A stretch of 64,000 bases of DNA. It comes from Rebecca billardiae RCC1528 (Eukaryota > Protista > Haptophyta). The notes beneath the pieces are model-generated. The model was given only the letters and a program-made list of their open reading frames with translations. It was not told where the DNA came from and made no database searches. Made by a program: the position numbers and the translations under genes. The number at the start of each line of letters is the position of its first letter. Positions within the stretch are counted from its first letter, which is position 1. The stretch spans positions 4,340,001-4,404,000 of the forward strand of contig OZ251222.1 in assembly GCA_965240325.2 (NCBI GenBank), read 5' to 3'. Below are positions 54,842 through 64,000 of this stretch, in pieces.

Positions 54842-56050
54842 TCACCATGGCGGCGGCGGAGGCGCGCCCGCCTCTGCCGTCAGTGCGCCCGCCTCAGCCT
54901 CCCGCAGCGACGCGTCCGGCTTGTCGCACGCGTACACGTTGTACGGGATGGTGACCTGGATGCGCGTCGCGACGAAGCGCGCGCAGCCGCGGCTCTGGCA
55001 CGTGCCGCGCTGCGCGCCGAGCTGCGCGACCAGCTGCTCCGAGTAGAGGCTCCTCGGCAGGCACACCTGCGAGCAGCTGCCTGCGCCGTCGCCGCCCAGC
55101 ACGTACACGTCGTCGAGCGCGCCCGCGTGGCACGCGTACGGCGTGGTGCGCTCGCACTCGACGGGCGCCTCGGCCGAGCTGTTCACGCGCGCGAAGCGGC
55201 GGAACACCTGCCAGCCCGCCGTGCGCTGCCGCCCCCGCGCCGTCCGCTCGCAGCCGCTGAGCGCGACGCACGGCTCGCCCGTGGAGCGGCCCTCGCCCAG
55301 CCGCATGCGCCGCCACGCGGCGCGCGCCGGGCTGAAGGCAAAGTGCGTGCAGAGCGGGTCGTGGATGCACGCGCCCGCGCACGCGCGCACGCTGGGCGCG
55401 TCCACCTCGCGCAGCGCGCTCTGCCCGCTCGCCTTGCACACCTCGTCCGTGCGCGCGAAGCCCGCGGCCTCCGCGCACGGCGAGTAGGCGAGAGGCAGTG
55501 GGCAGCCGCTCGGCAGCTCGGGGTTGGGGCGGTGGCAGGGCCACTCGGAGACGATGGCCACGCCGTTCGCCCAGTGGCACTCGGTGCCGGTCGCCGCGAC
55601 CTGCCACTCGCAGCAGAACGCGTCGGCCCTGCGCTCCTCCCGCGCGTTCTCTGCAAACTCCTCGCACCACGCGCCGCACGCGTGCAGCGTGATCTGCTCG
55701 TCCGGGGACTCCTTGGGCATGGGCACGCGCTCGGTGTACGCGTCGCACTGCCAGCCGACAACCGTCTTGCCGGGGTCCTCGGTCACGCCGTCCGAGCCGA
55801 CCAGTTGGATCACCTCGAGGGGCGGCCACCTGCCGCAGCGCAGCGGCACGTCTGCCAGCTCGCCGAGCGTGGTCAGGTTTGCGTTGAGCGGACGCGCCGA
55901 CGGATGACGATGTTGAGCGGCTGGGCGCAAGCCGTCCCAGTAGGACGCGACAAGCGCGACGGCACCGAGTACCCCGAGGACGGCCGCGGCTGTGACTCGC
56001 CGCACGGCCGGTGACTTTCGCAAGCAGAGCGTGCGCCGCGGCTCTTCCAT
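54842..56050 (-). CDS. Type II membrane or secreted Cys-rich protein with a PAN/apple-like module
   Basis: TM AAVLGVLGAVALVA and Cys-rich segments CGAWCEE..CCEW..CHW and SVRACAGACIHDPLCTHFAF. Confidence 0.65.
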   Translation of the reverse strand: MEEPRRTLCLRKSPAVRRVTAAAVLGVLGAVALVASYWDGLRPAAQHRHPSARPLNANLTTLGELADVPLRCGRWPPLEVIQLVGSDGVTEDPGKTVVGWQCDAYTERVPMPKESPDEQITLHACGAWCEEFAENAREERRADAFCCEWQVAATGTECHWANGVAIVSEWPCHRPNPELPSGCPLPLAYSPCAEAAGFARTDEVCKASGQSALREVDAPSVRACAGACIHDPLCTHFAFSPARAAWRRMRLGEGRSTGEPCVALSGCERTARGRQRTAGWQVFRRFARVNSSAEAPVECERTTPYACHAGALDDVYVLGGDGAGSCSQVCLPRSLYSEQLVAQLGAQRGTCQSRGCARFVATRIQVTIPYNVYACDKPDASLREAEAGALTAEAGAPPPPPW

Positions 56051-56385
56051 GGCGGCGAGTCGGGCAGTCGGGCGTGAGAATCGCGCTGGGCGAGCGCCGA
56101 GCGGCCCTTGATCACCGGACCGACGAGCCAAGCGGCGGGGGCTCGAGAGCCGGATTCCTTGGAGGCCGAGCGACTTATTGACTACCTCGACGGCGTTGAT
56201 GAGTACAGACTACAGTTTACTCAGAATAAGAGACGCATACAGCTCAGGCAGGCGAGATTGACGCCCGCCAACTGTCACCGCCCATGAAGCCGTCGCCGAT
56301 GGTAGCGCCGCCGTGGTCAAGGGCGGGAGTGTTGAGTTTCACGGGCAACGGCGCGGCATGCAGATTGTCAGCATCGGCAGCGACG

Positions 56386-58008
56386 TCAATACTCGTCGTC
56401 GTCGTCATCGTCGTCGTCGTCAGCGAGACTGCTCTCGCCGCCGTCTGAAGGCTCGGGGGAGGCGCCGTCATCGTCCTCCGCAACCGACGCCATCATCGCC
56501 TCCACTTCGGCGATGGCCGCGCGCAGGATCCGGCGCTGGCCGTTGCGGTAATGCGCGCAATAGGCGGCGCGCGTGCCGCCCTCCGCAGCTGCCGCCTGGT
56601 CGCGCGCGTCGCTGCCGTCGAGCAGGCCGAGCCTGTGCTCGAGGACGGCGCAGAGCATGCTCAGCTCGTCTGGGGTGAGCGCGAGCTCGTCGTCCGCGTC
56701 CTCGAGCCCGACGACCTGCAGGGCGAAGAGGAGCTCGGCGGGCAGCACGCCTCCGCGCTCGACACCGTCCGCCGCGTGTGCAGCGGGCGGTGCCCGTGTC
56801 TCCTCGCCCCCGCACCCTGCCGCACCGCGGCCGTGCGCCGCGCCGAGCGTGAACGGGCCGATGACGAGCGTGCCACCGGCGCGGCAGGCGTGAGGCACGC
56901 CGTGCTCCGCAAGCTCACGCACCCGCCTCGCCCCGAGCGCCTCGCTCTCCTCCGCCGGGCAGCCGAGCAGCACGCCCTCCACGCAGTCGTGCGCGTTGGC
57001 CGCGCTCGCAAAGCCGTACTGGGAGAGCAGCTCGGAGTTGGGGCGCGCGCCGTAGTTGTTCGCGAGCGTCTCGCCCGTGCGCACGCGCTCGCGGCAGCGG
57101 AAGCGGACGGCGCCGCCACCCGCCTCCCACAGGATCGGCTGGCCTGGCCGGTGGTCGAGCAGGTCGTACAGCGGCAGCATGCAGCCCAGCAGCCCCTCCT
57201 CCTCGCCCTCCGCGCACGGCTCCGCCTCGGCCGCCTCCGCCTCGGCCGCCTCCGCCTCGGCCGCAGCGCGCTGCTCAGAAGCCTGCGCCGCCTCGGCCGC
57301 GGGCGCGACGGGGCTCTCCGCGCCCGCGACCACGCCGTTCGGACCCGCTTCGTCGAGCGCTCCGAGCTCGAGGGCGAGCACGTCCGACGCCCCCTCGCCG
57401 TGCGGCAGCGCCCCCGTGCGCGTGTCGGCGGCCTGCGCCGCACGCGCCAGCGGCAGCGGGAAGCACCTCGACTGGTGCACGCCGCGCGCCCAGACGACCT
57501 CGTCCAGGCTCACGCCAGGGGCGCAGCCGGCGCCCACGCGCGCAAACTCGTCGGCGAGCATCCGTCGCTGCGCCTCCGTCTGGGTAGCCAGCGGCGTGCC
57601 CTCGAGCAGCGCGCGGTCCGCTGCCGGCCACGCGCACGGGTCAGGAGCTTCGCGCGGCAGCGAGCCGAGGTACGGCGCAAATGGATGGGCGCTGTCCCGC
57701 GCCGCGCTCGCGAGGGAGAGCCAGAACGCGAAGGGTCGTGAGCCGCCCAGCTCCATCGCGGCGATGGCCACCTTGTCCTCCGCCAGCCAGCATGTCGGAT
57801 CGATGATCGCGCTCGCCGGCAACTCGCCGAACGCCTCTCCCGCCTCAAACACGCGCGTCGCGACGACGCAGAGCGAGCCGCCCGGCGTGGCGCGTATGTC
57901 GAGACCATCAAGCTTGGCTCCGCGATCTCGGAGCCAGTGCACCAGGCTGGTCGTCCCGCTGGGCTCCCCTGCGCGAGGGCGCTTAGCTGTCGGGACGTAG
58001 TCCGCCAT
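56386..58008 (-). CDS. SET-domain lysine methyltransferase (Rubisco LSMT/SETD3-6 class)
   Basis: WLRDRGA, HPFAPYLGSLP, WARGVHQSRCF, MLPLYDLLDH and NNYGARPNSELLSQYGF. Confidence 0.88.
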   Translation of the reverse strand: MADYVPTAKRPRAGEPSGTTSLVHWLRDRGAKLDGLDIRATPGGSLCVVATRVFEAGEAFGELPASAIIDPTCWLAEDKVAIAAMELGGSRPFAFWLSLASAARDSAHPFAPYLGSLPREAPDPCAWPAADRALLEGTPLATQTEAQRRMLADEFARVGAGCAPGVSLDEVVWARGVHQSRCFPLPLARAAQAADTRTGALPHGEGASDVLALELGALDEAGPNGVVAGAESPVAPAAEAAQASEQRAAAEAEAAEAEAAEAEPCAEGEEEGLLGCMLPLYDLLDHRPGQPILWEAGGGAVRFRCRERVRTGETLANNYGARPNSELLSQYGFASAANAHDCVEGVLLGCPAEESEALGARRVRELAEHGVPHACRAGGTLVIGPFTLGAAHGRGAAGCGGEETRAPPAAHAADGVERGGVLPAELLFALQVVGLEDADDELALTPDELSMLCAVLEHRLGLLDGSDARDQAAAAEGGTRAAYCAHYRNGQRRILRAAIAEVEAMMASVAEDDDGASPEPSDGGESSLADDDDDDDDDEY

Positions 58009-58399
58009 CGTGGCAGCCGATGAAAAGATTGGCTCGCGGAGTCGAGGTCCTAAAATAGCGCATCGATCATGCTGCTGCTGCCCTTGTGCTGCTGGCGGCT
58101 TGGTGCAGTGGTGCACTCACTCAGGTGCATCATGTCATTCATGAACAATCCGCTCTGACGACTGACGCTCTCTTGGCCTGTAAGCATCATGCCGCCCCGC
58201 GACCGCGGCCACATTGCATACTGTGCTACGAGTGGCAGCGTGACCGCGACGCGGCCGGGTCCGTGGCGTGATCCGTCGCGTGCGGTCGGGCCCCGAACCC
58301 GGCCTACCGCGCCGGCGGCCACGGGCCCGCGGGGGCGGCGTGGCCGCGGGGGCACCGCGTCATTACGGGCGCAGAACAAGCTCCAATCGGCCTGCAGGC

Positions 58400-59458
58400 C
58401 TAGCCGGCCGCGCCGTGCACCATGAGGCGGCTGCTCGCTTCGTGCGCCTCGTGCTTAATGCGCCGCGAGGCCACGCTCGCGACGGTCGGTGCCTCGTAGT
58501 GCGCGTGGCCGCGCGACGACGGGGCCGAGCGCTTGTGCCAGGCGAGCAGCTGGTCGCGCACCTTCTTCTGCGCCTTGGTGTGCGCGTGCACGAGCTCGTA
58601 GATCTCCGCGTCCGGCCTGAGCATGTACGCGCCCGTCGACGGGTCGAGCTTGACGATCGTGTGCGCCGTCTGGTCCACAAAGCCCGAGTACGTGCCCGCG
58701 TCCATCGAGTCGGTGTTCACGTCCGCGAGCTCAAACCACGAGCGGAAGAAGTCGGCGCGGCCGACGCGGCGCTCGAAGACGGGGGTCGACTTGTCGGGCC
58801 AGTTGCGCGTGTCCCGCTCGAAGTCGAGCTTCGCCAGCAGGAACGCCTCGCGCGGGTCGTTGCGCTTCATAAGCACGATGTAGACCTTGCGCGAGATCTC
58901 GTAGTACTGCTGCCACGAGAGCGAGGGCGCGCCGGTGCGGTCGGAGTGGCGCAGCTTGGACGCGGCGGAGACGGCGTCCCACGCGAGCTGGAGCGCCTTC
59001 TGCACCTCGGCGCTGCGCCACAGCCGCTCGCGCCGCAGCATCATCGCCGGCGTGTACCACTCGTCGCCCTTGGCGGCCTCGGCGCGGTCCGAGTCGTCCG
59101 CGAGCCAGCTGTCGTTCAGGGCGTCCAGGATCGAGCTCCAGCGCTTGCGCAGCCGGTGCGAGCGCCAAAGACGCTGGATGAGCGAGACGCTGGGCCAGGC
59201 GTGCACCGAGATGGTGCGCGCGCCGACTTGCGATGCCTCCGCAAAGGTCGAGATGCGGTGGAGCGCGCGGCGCATGATCAGCCTCCGCGCGGCGCGCTGC
59301 ACGTGGACGACAGCGCGCAGCTCGCGCGTGGTCCTTCGGGCCTCGTGGCCCTTCCAGGCGGCCTCCATCGTGCTCGCGGCATGAATACGCGTGCGATGCT
59401 GCCGCCAATGGTACTGAAGGTACGCCGCCGCCTCTGCCTGCCGCGTGAATTTCTTCAT
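58400..59458 (-). CDS. IQ-motif protein with a degenerate EF-hand-like C-terminal domain
   Basis: IQ-like LQYHWR, MEAAWKG, VQRAAR and IQRLWRSH, then RKVY...DFERD...FFRSWFELADV.TD. Confidence 0.7.
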   Translation of the reverse strand: MKKFTRQAEAAAYLQYHWRQHRTRIHAASTMEAAWKGHEARRTTRELRAVVHVQRAARRLIMRRALHRISTFAEASQVGARTISVHAWPSVSLIQRLWRSHRLRKRWSSILDALNDSWLADDSDRAEAAKGDEWYTPAMMLRRERLWRSAEVQKALQLAWDAVSAASKLRHSDRTGAPSLSWQQYYEISRKVYIVLMKRNDPREAFLLAKLDFERDTRNWPDKSTPVFERRVGRADFFRSWFELADVNTDSMDAGTYSGFVDQTAHTIVKLDPSTGAYMLRPDAEIYELVHAHTKAQKKVRDQLLAWHKRSAPSSRGHAHYEAPTVASVASRRIKHEAHEASSRLMVHGAAG

Positions 59459-59858
59459 CGTCGTCGCGCTGTTGGGGGGGGGCGAGAAGTGTGTCGGGTG
59501 GGTGAGTCGTGATTGGACGACGGCCGCCACTTCCGTCCGGTTTTCCCGCTCAGTGACGAGCCTTCCGGTGTCGGTTCGCCCCTTTCAGGGCGTGTCTCGA
59601 GGTACGCACTTTGCAGGTACTTTCGTGCAAAAGGCTAGCTTTCCGCGTGCTCCGCCCCGGGTGGACGTTGTCGCGACCGTCGAAGCCCTTACGGTCCTGC
59701 TCGACCGTTGGTCCACGGTTGGGTTTTCCAGTTTCTTTTTTCATAGAATATGAGTTTGGTAGAATTCTGTCGAATTGCAAATTGGTCGTCGCGCAAAATG
59801 GACCGCGGCCGCGGGGGCGCTGTGCATCCCAGCTCTCTCGCAGCGTACAGTACGTGGT

Positions 59859-61220
59859 ATGGGCGCACGCTCTTGGCGAGGCGGCCAATTGATCCTCGCC
59901 ATCGGTGTCGCCCTAGCTCTTGAGGGCGCACATCTGAGGCCTCCAAACGCCACCTTTGTCGAGTCATCGCGCGCATACTTTGGCGGACGCGCAGCCGGTG
60001 CCGGGCAAAGCTTGCCAGAGCGGCGGCGCGCGTTCGGCTTGACAGCTCGAGTCAACGATGGCGAGTTGCGCACGTGCTCGCCGGATCCGGACGCTGCGGC
60101 GCTTCAGAACAGGTTACGGCACATTGCCCGCTGTGGCTGCACGGCAGACGGCCCGAAGTGCGCGCGTGCCGCGCCGCGGGCACTCCGCGCTCGCATGCGG
60201 GGCCGATTCGGCCTCGGGGCGGAGTTGAGCTCGCTCCTCAAGCCGCTCACGCTCGCCCTCAAGGAGGGCGCGCCGTTTCTCGAGCCACGGTTCCCGCGTG
60301 CCGGCTGCCCGGACGGGCCGTGGTTCAGCAGCTGCCTTGGCCTGCACCCTTCCGTGCCGTGCACTCCGGCGGCCCAAGGGCCCAGCACCGGGCGCATCCG
60401 CCTCATTGATGCTGCCAACCACTCGGCCTCTGTCGGTGCGTACGTGCCGCCGCCGTACGCCGGACGCAAGAGCCTCTTCTGGCTCACGGGCCAGCTGCTC
60501 GCCCGGCTCGTGCGCCCGGCACCGCCGTTGCATAGGTGGCTCCGCAAGCAGCGCAGCGCGTGGGGCTGGGTCCCTTCTCGGAAAGTTCTCGGGCTGCACG
60601 TGCGCCGGGGCGACACGTGCCGCCACGGGCAGGATGGGAAAGTCCGCGAGGGGCGGGTCGAGCAAACCAAAGGGCGACGGTGCGAGGGACTCGATGTGTA
60701 CGCACCCTTTGTCCGCGACCTCGTCCGCGCGCACGGCCTTGACGCTGTCTACCTCGCGACGGATGACGCCAAAATCGCAGAGCAGGCTGTCTCGCGCTCG
60801 TCGCCACCTCTGCTGGGCGTCCCAGAGACCGCGGTCTTCGTGCTCCCGCTCAACCGCACCATGTACGCGCAGAACACAATCGACGGCGCGATGCGCCACC
60901 GGGATCAGGGCCTCTTTGACTTCGCCGCCGACGCCCGTGGCTTCTTTGCCGACATCATGCTGCTGGCCCAGGCCGATGCTCACGTGGGCAAATTCACGAG
61001 CAACCTCTTCCGCCATGCAGTTGCGCTCTCCAACGCGCTGAAAGGCGGCGACTGTGTTGTGCCGTATGTCTCCCTAGACTCCCTGTGGTGTGCGGACTAT
61101 GCCCAGCTCACCGGCCGGTCATTCCTGCACGTGGCCACGGCACCTGGCGCGAGTGACGACGAGCGCGAGGGCAGCCTTGGTGGCGATGTGGCGGACAAGC
61201 TCATGAAGTTCAAGTGCTGA
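59859..61220 (+). CDS. GT23/alpha-1,6-fucosyltransferase-like glycosyltransferase
   Basis: N-terminal signal/anchor, then GLGAEL, LGLHVRRGD, VYLATDD and DIMLLAQADAHVGKFTSNL. Confidence 0.85.
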   Translation: MGARSWRGGQLILAIGVALALEGAHLRPPNATFVESSRAYFGGRAAGAGQSLPERRRAFGLTARVNDGELRTCSPDPDAAALQNRLRHIARCGCTADGPKCARAAPRALRARMRGRFGLGAELSSLLKPLTLALKEGAPFLEPRFPRAGCPDGPWFSSCLGLHPSVPCTPAAQGPSTGRIRLIDAANHSASVGAYVPPPYAGRKSLFWLTGQLLARLVRPAPPLHRWLRKQRSAWGWVPSRKVLGLHVRRGDTCRHGQDGKVREGRVEQTKGRRCEGLDVYAPFVRDLVRAHGLDAVYLATDDAKIAEQAVSRSSPPLLGVPETAVFVLPLNRTMYAQNTIDGAMRHRDQGLFDFAADARGFFADIMLLAQADAHVGKFTSNLFRHAVALSNALKGGDCVVPYVSLDSLWCADYAQLTGRSFLHVATAPGASDDEREGSLGGDVADKLMKFKC

Positions 61221-61438
61221 TGACGAACGCGCGGCGATGACTGAGTCAATGACTGCTGGCACACGGTGACCACACGGCTGATGAAACCGACGCTACCGTG
61301 CGCAGTAAATACCGACGACGCGACAATCGAGTCGGCGGTCACGCCACCTGCGGTCACGCCATCCGCCCGCTGTCACAGTAGTACAGTAGTTGGTGACGAC
61401 GCCTGCTCACGTGATGATGACACTGTGAGGCTTCAAGC

Positions 61439-62620
61439 TCACGACAGCAGCATCTGCGCATGGACCGCTGACGCTGACAAGGACGCGCGGCCAAGCGGGC
61501 GCCAGTCCGCCCCGGCCGCGCCAAAGGCGGTGCCACCGGCGGGCAGCTCGAGGCAGCCGATCGCCATGCCCTCACCGTCCGCGCGATTGCCGCAGTGGTA
61601 CAGCCGCACGCTCCCGTCGCTCGAGTCGCGCAGCAGCCAGGGCGTGCCGATACTGAAGTGCGCCCAGGGCTCGAGGGGCGGCGCGCCCGGCTCGAGGACG
61701 GGCCCGCCCTCGTCACGCGCGGGCGTAGGGGTGAGCTTGCGCCATGAGAGCCCGTCGTCGTCGCTCTCCGCGTAGCCCAGCCGATGAGTCAGGCGCTCAG
61801 GCGTGTCCACTCCTTCGTACAGCATCCACAGCCGGCCGTCGGGCTCGCGCAGCACGGCGCGCGTGCCGCAGCCCATCGCGTCGAACGCCCCCGCGGCGCC
61901 CGGTGCAAGCGCGCAGCCCTCGCGCGTCCATGATCGGCCGCCGTCAGCGCTGCTGGCCGAGTACACGCGCCAGCTGGACCCATCAAAGGCGTGGTACAGC
62001 ATGCGCAGCCTGCCGCCGTCGAGCGCGAGCACGCGCGGCCATCCTGCAAAGAGTCCCTCCTCCGCGCTTGGCCGCAGCACGGGCTCGCCCTCGCGCGCCC
62101 ACGTGCGCCCGCCGTCGGTGGAGAAGGCGCGCCCGATGCACATGCGCAGTCCGGCGCACAGCACTCCACCGAATCCCGGCACTTCCTGGCGATCGCCGCC
62201 GAAGTAATACATGGTCAGCCGCTGGCCGTCGGCGCTGTCGACCAGCACGTCGCCCACGCCCACGTGCGCGCCGTCCCATGCGCGCTCGTCGTCCGAGGCG
62301 GAGAAGACGGCGCCGCCGGGCAGCGGGCCGTCCACCTTAGTCCACGAGACGCCGTCCTCGCTCTCAGCCAGGCCGCAGCTGCCCGTGGGCAGGAACGGCC
62401 GCAGCCCGCCTTTCCATGCTACGCCATCGCCGCCGTAGTAGAACATGCGGTACACGTCGCCCGCCTTGGCGGGAGGGAGCACGACCGGGTTCGCCACGTT
62501 CTTGGTGTCGAAGCGCCCCGATGAGATGGGCGACGCGGCGAGCATCGGGCTCGCGCTCAGCACGCTCCGCGCGTCGGCGAGCGCCGCGATCATCAGGAGG
62601 CGGCCGGCGTGCGCCAACAT
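61439..62620 (-). CDS. Five-bladed beta-propeller glycoside hydrolase-like protein (GH32/43/130-like fold)
   Basis: Repeated blades: VANPVV..YRMFYYG, GLAESEDGVSW, IGRAFSTDGGRTW, SASSADGGRSW and LGYAESDDDGLSW. Confidence 0.8.
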   Translation of the reverse strand: MLAHAGRLLMIAALADARSVLSASPMLAASPISSGRFDTKNVANPVVLPPAKAGDVYRMFYYGGDGVAWKGGLRPFLPTGSCGLAESEDGVSWTKVDGPLPGGAVFSASDDERAWDGAHVGVGDVLVDSADGQRLTMYYFGGDRQEVPGFGGVLCAGLRMCIGRAFSTDGGRTWAREGEPVLRPSAEEGLFAGWPRVLALDGGRLRMLYHAFDGSSWRVYSASSADGGRSWTREGCALAPGAAGAFDAMGCGTRAVLREPDGRLWMLYEGVDTPERLTHRLGYAESDDDGLSWRKLTPTPARDEGGPVLEPGAPPLEPWAHFSIGTPWLLRDSSDGSVRLYHCGNRADGEGMAIGCLELPAGGTAFGAAGADWRPLGRASLSASAVHAQMLLS

Positions 62621-63642
62621 GCCGCTGGACGGGTGGGTGAATGTCCGCGCGTGCTTTTCAGATCACCGGCCAAACGCTCGGAGAGAATCGTCGCGCGTTG
62701 TTCGGCGCCGAACCGAACGGGTGTTGCGGTGGGCAGTTTTGTTGTATGATTTTGTTACAGGGGCCGGGGGGTCCAGATGGTGGGCCCCACTTTGGCGGTG
62801 GCTGGCCAGGTAGTGCGGCACGGCCGTGCCTCTGGACGGGCATTGAGCGGTGGTGAGGTCGCCAAATGGCGTGGCGTGGTCCCAGACAAGGTTCTTACTA
62901 GTCCTGATCAGCTTGCTAGCCATGCCGGTCGTTGATCACCCTGCCGTTGACAGGCGCGCACACGCCAAACGTATTCGCACGGCAGCCGTGTCGGACGGGG
63001 GTCGCACGACTACCGCGCAGCCAACCTTGCTCGTCAGATCCACGGCTTGTAGGGTCAGATGGACCTTCGCCAGGCATGCACCCTCGCAATGCATGCCCCA
63101 GAGGGCGGTATGACCGTCAGAACGGTGATCCTGGCCGCTACCTGCCCATCCTTCCCATGCGCAACCTCACTCGCGCGCCGGTCGTACGGGGGCGTGGACG
63201 TGGACGTGAGAGTGGTCGAAAAGTCTGAAGGGAAGCTGTCACTCACGCACACGCGCTCGTACGGCGACGCCGACCGGCGTGTGGCATGCCCCCCGGTCCC
63301 GGACGTGCCACACGCGCCTTGGATCGCGTTGGGACGGGCATTCACGCCCGCCACCTGGACCCCCCTGTACTGTATTTTTGAATACGTAACTGATTTTACT
63401 TTACAAGTATGGCGGCCTCCACCCATCCGGTCACTCTCAACCAGCGATGCGCGGCAGATCGGCTGGTTCGATCGAGTCCAAATGATCGCCGGCGACGGCT
63501 CGAGCTACAGCGAGGGCATGGCCCACGCTCGGGGTGGAACCAGCAGCGTGTCGCGCGCCGCGCGTGTGCCGTGTGCGTGGAGTCACCTCGCCGGGGCGCC
63601 TGCCTCAGGCGCCGCCGACTCGTGACGCGTCGGCTCGCGGCA

Positions 63643-63903
63643 TCACACCGCCGCGCCGGGCAGTAACCGCGCGAGCAGCAGCCGGCCGAGCGCGCCGAGC
63701 GCCAGCGCGCACACCCACAACGCGCGCGTGGTCGCATCGGCGCGGCGCTCGATCTCGGCGTACCCGAGATTGGGGTTCTGGATGAGCATGAAGATCTGCG
63801 GCTGGAAGAGGAAGGGCGCCGCCTTGGCGAGGCCAAGGCGCAGGAAGACGTTGAGCGCCCAGAAGGCCTGGCGCAGCTTGGAGAGGCGCGCCTCCTGCCC
63901 GTA
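63643..63903 (-). CDS. Last exon of a gene starting beyond the window; resembles the C-terminus of algal FAD-dependent (kynurenine 3-monooxygenase-like) proteins
   Basis: Acceptor GCAG at 63904-63907 (minus strand), then YGQ..FWALNVFLRLGL..FQPQIFMLIQNPNLGYAEIERRA followed by a TM tail. Confidence 0.5.
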   Translation of the reverse strand, partial: YGQEARLSKLRQAFWALNVFLRLGLAKAAPFLFQPQIFMLIQNPNLGYAEIERRADATTRALWVCALALGALGRLLLARLLPGAAV

Positions 63904-64000
63904 CTGCGCGCGCAAAGGGGGGCGGCGCGGGGCGCGCGCCCGCGCGTCAGCGCAGCCGGCGCGCGGCGCGCGCGCTCGTGCCCGCGCGCGCGCAGCACAC

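Noticed and set aside
62850-63625. Possible gene in the short plus-strand ORFs
   Set aside because: There is no ATG-led ORF with coding bias or recognisable motifs.

Overview
This is very GC-rich eukaryotic DNA with short GC-rich spliceosomal introns (GTGCGC donors, CTCAC/CTGAC branch-like motifs, GCAG acceptors, one GC donor) and short AT-rich islands between genes. It most resembles a haptophyte alga, possibly Pavlovales; that assignment is an inference. About 23 protein-coding genes are supported, many in tight head-to-head pairs. There are also two non-autonomous TIR elements with 7-bp target-site duplications, a foldback MITE nested in one of them, and a 5'-truncated RLE-type non-LTR retrotransposon. 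The most notable feature is a three-gene group at 29.9-35.7 kb: a class II aldolase-family protein, a SAM-dependent methyltransferase and a ketopantoate-reductase (ApbA/PanE)-family enzyme. These folds match the last three steps of the algal methionine-transamination route to DMSP (MTOB reductase, MTHB S-methyltransferase, DMSHB decarboxylase). I propose it as a candidate eukaryotic DMSP biosynthetic gene cluster that may include the MTOB reductase, which to my knowledge is unassigned. Other unusual architectures are a degenerate purple acid phosphatase fused to a YjiK/SdiA-regulated propeller, a kinesin motor fused to light-chain-like TPRs, a p300/CBP-type acetyltransferase with an N-terminal RST-like domain, and a ferredoxin fused to a DnaJ-type zinc finger. 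All calls come from reading motifs by eye; no searches were run.
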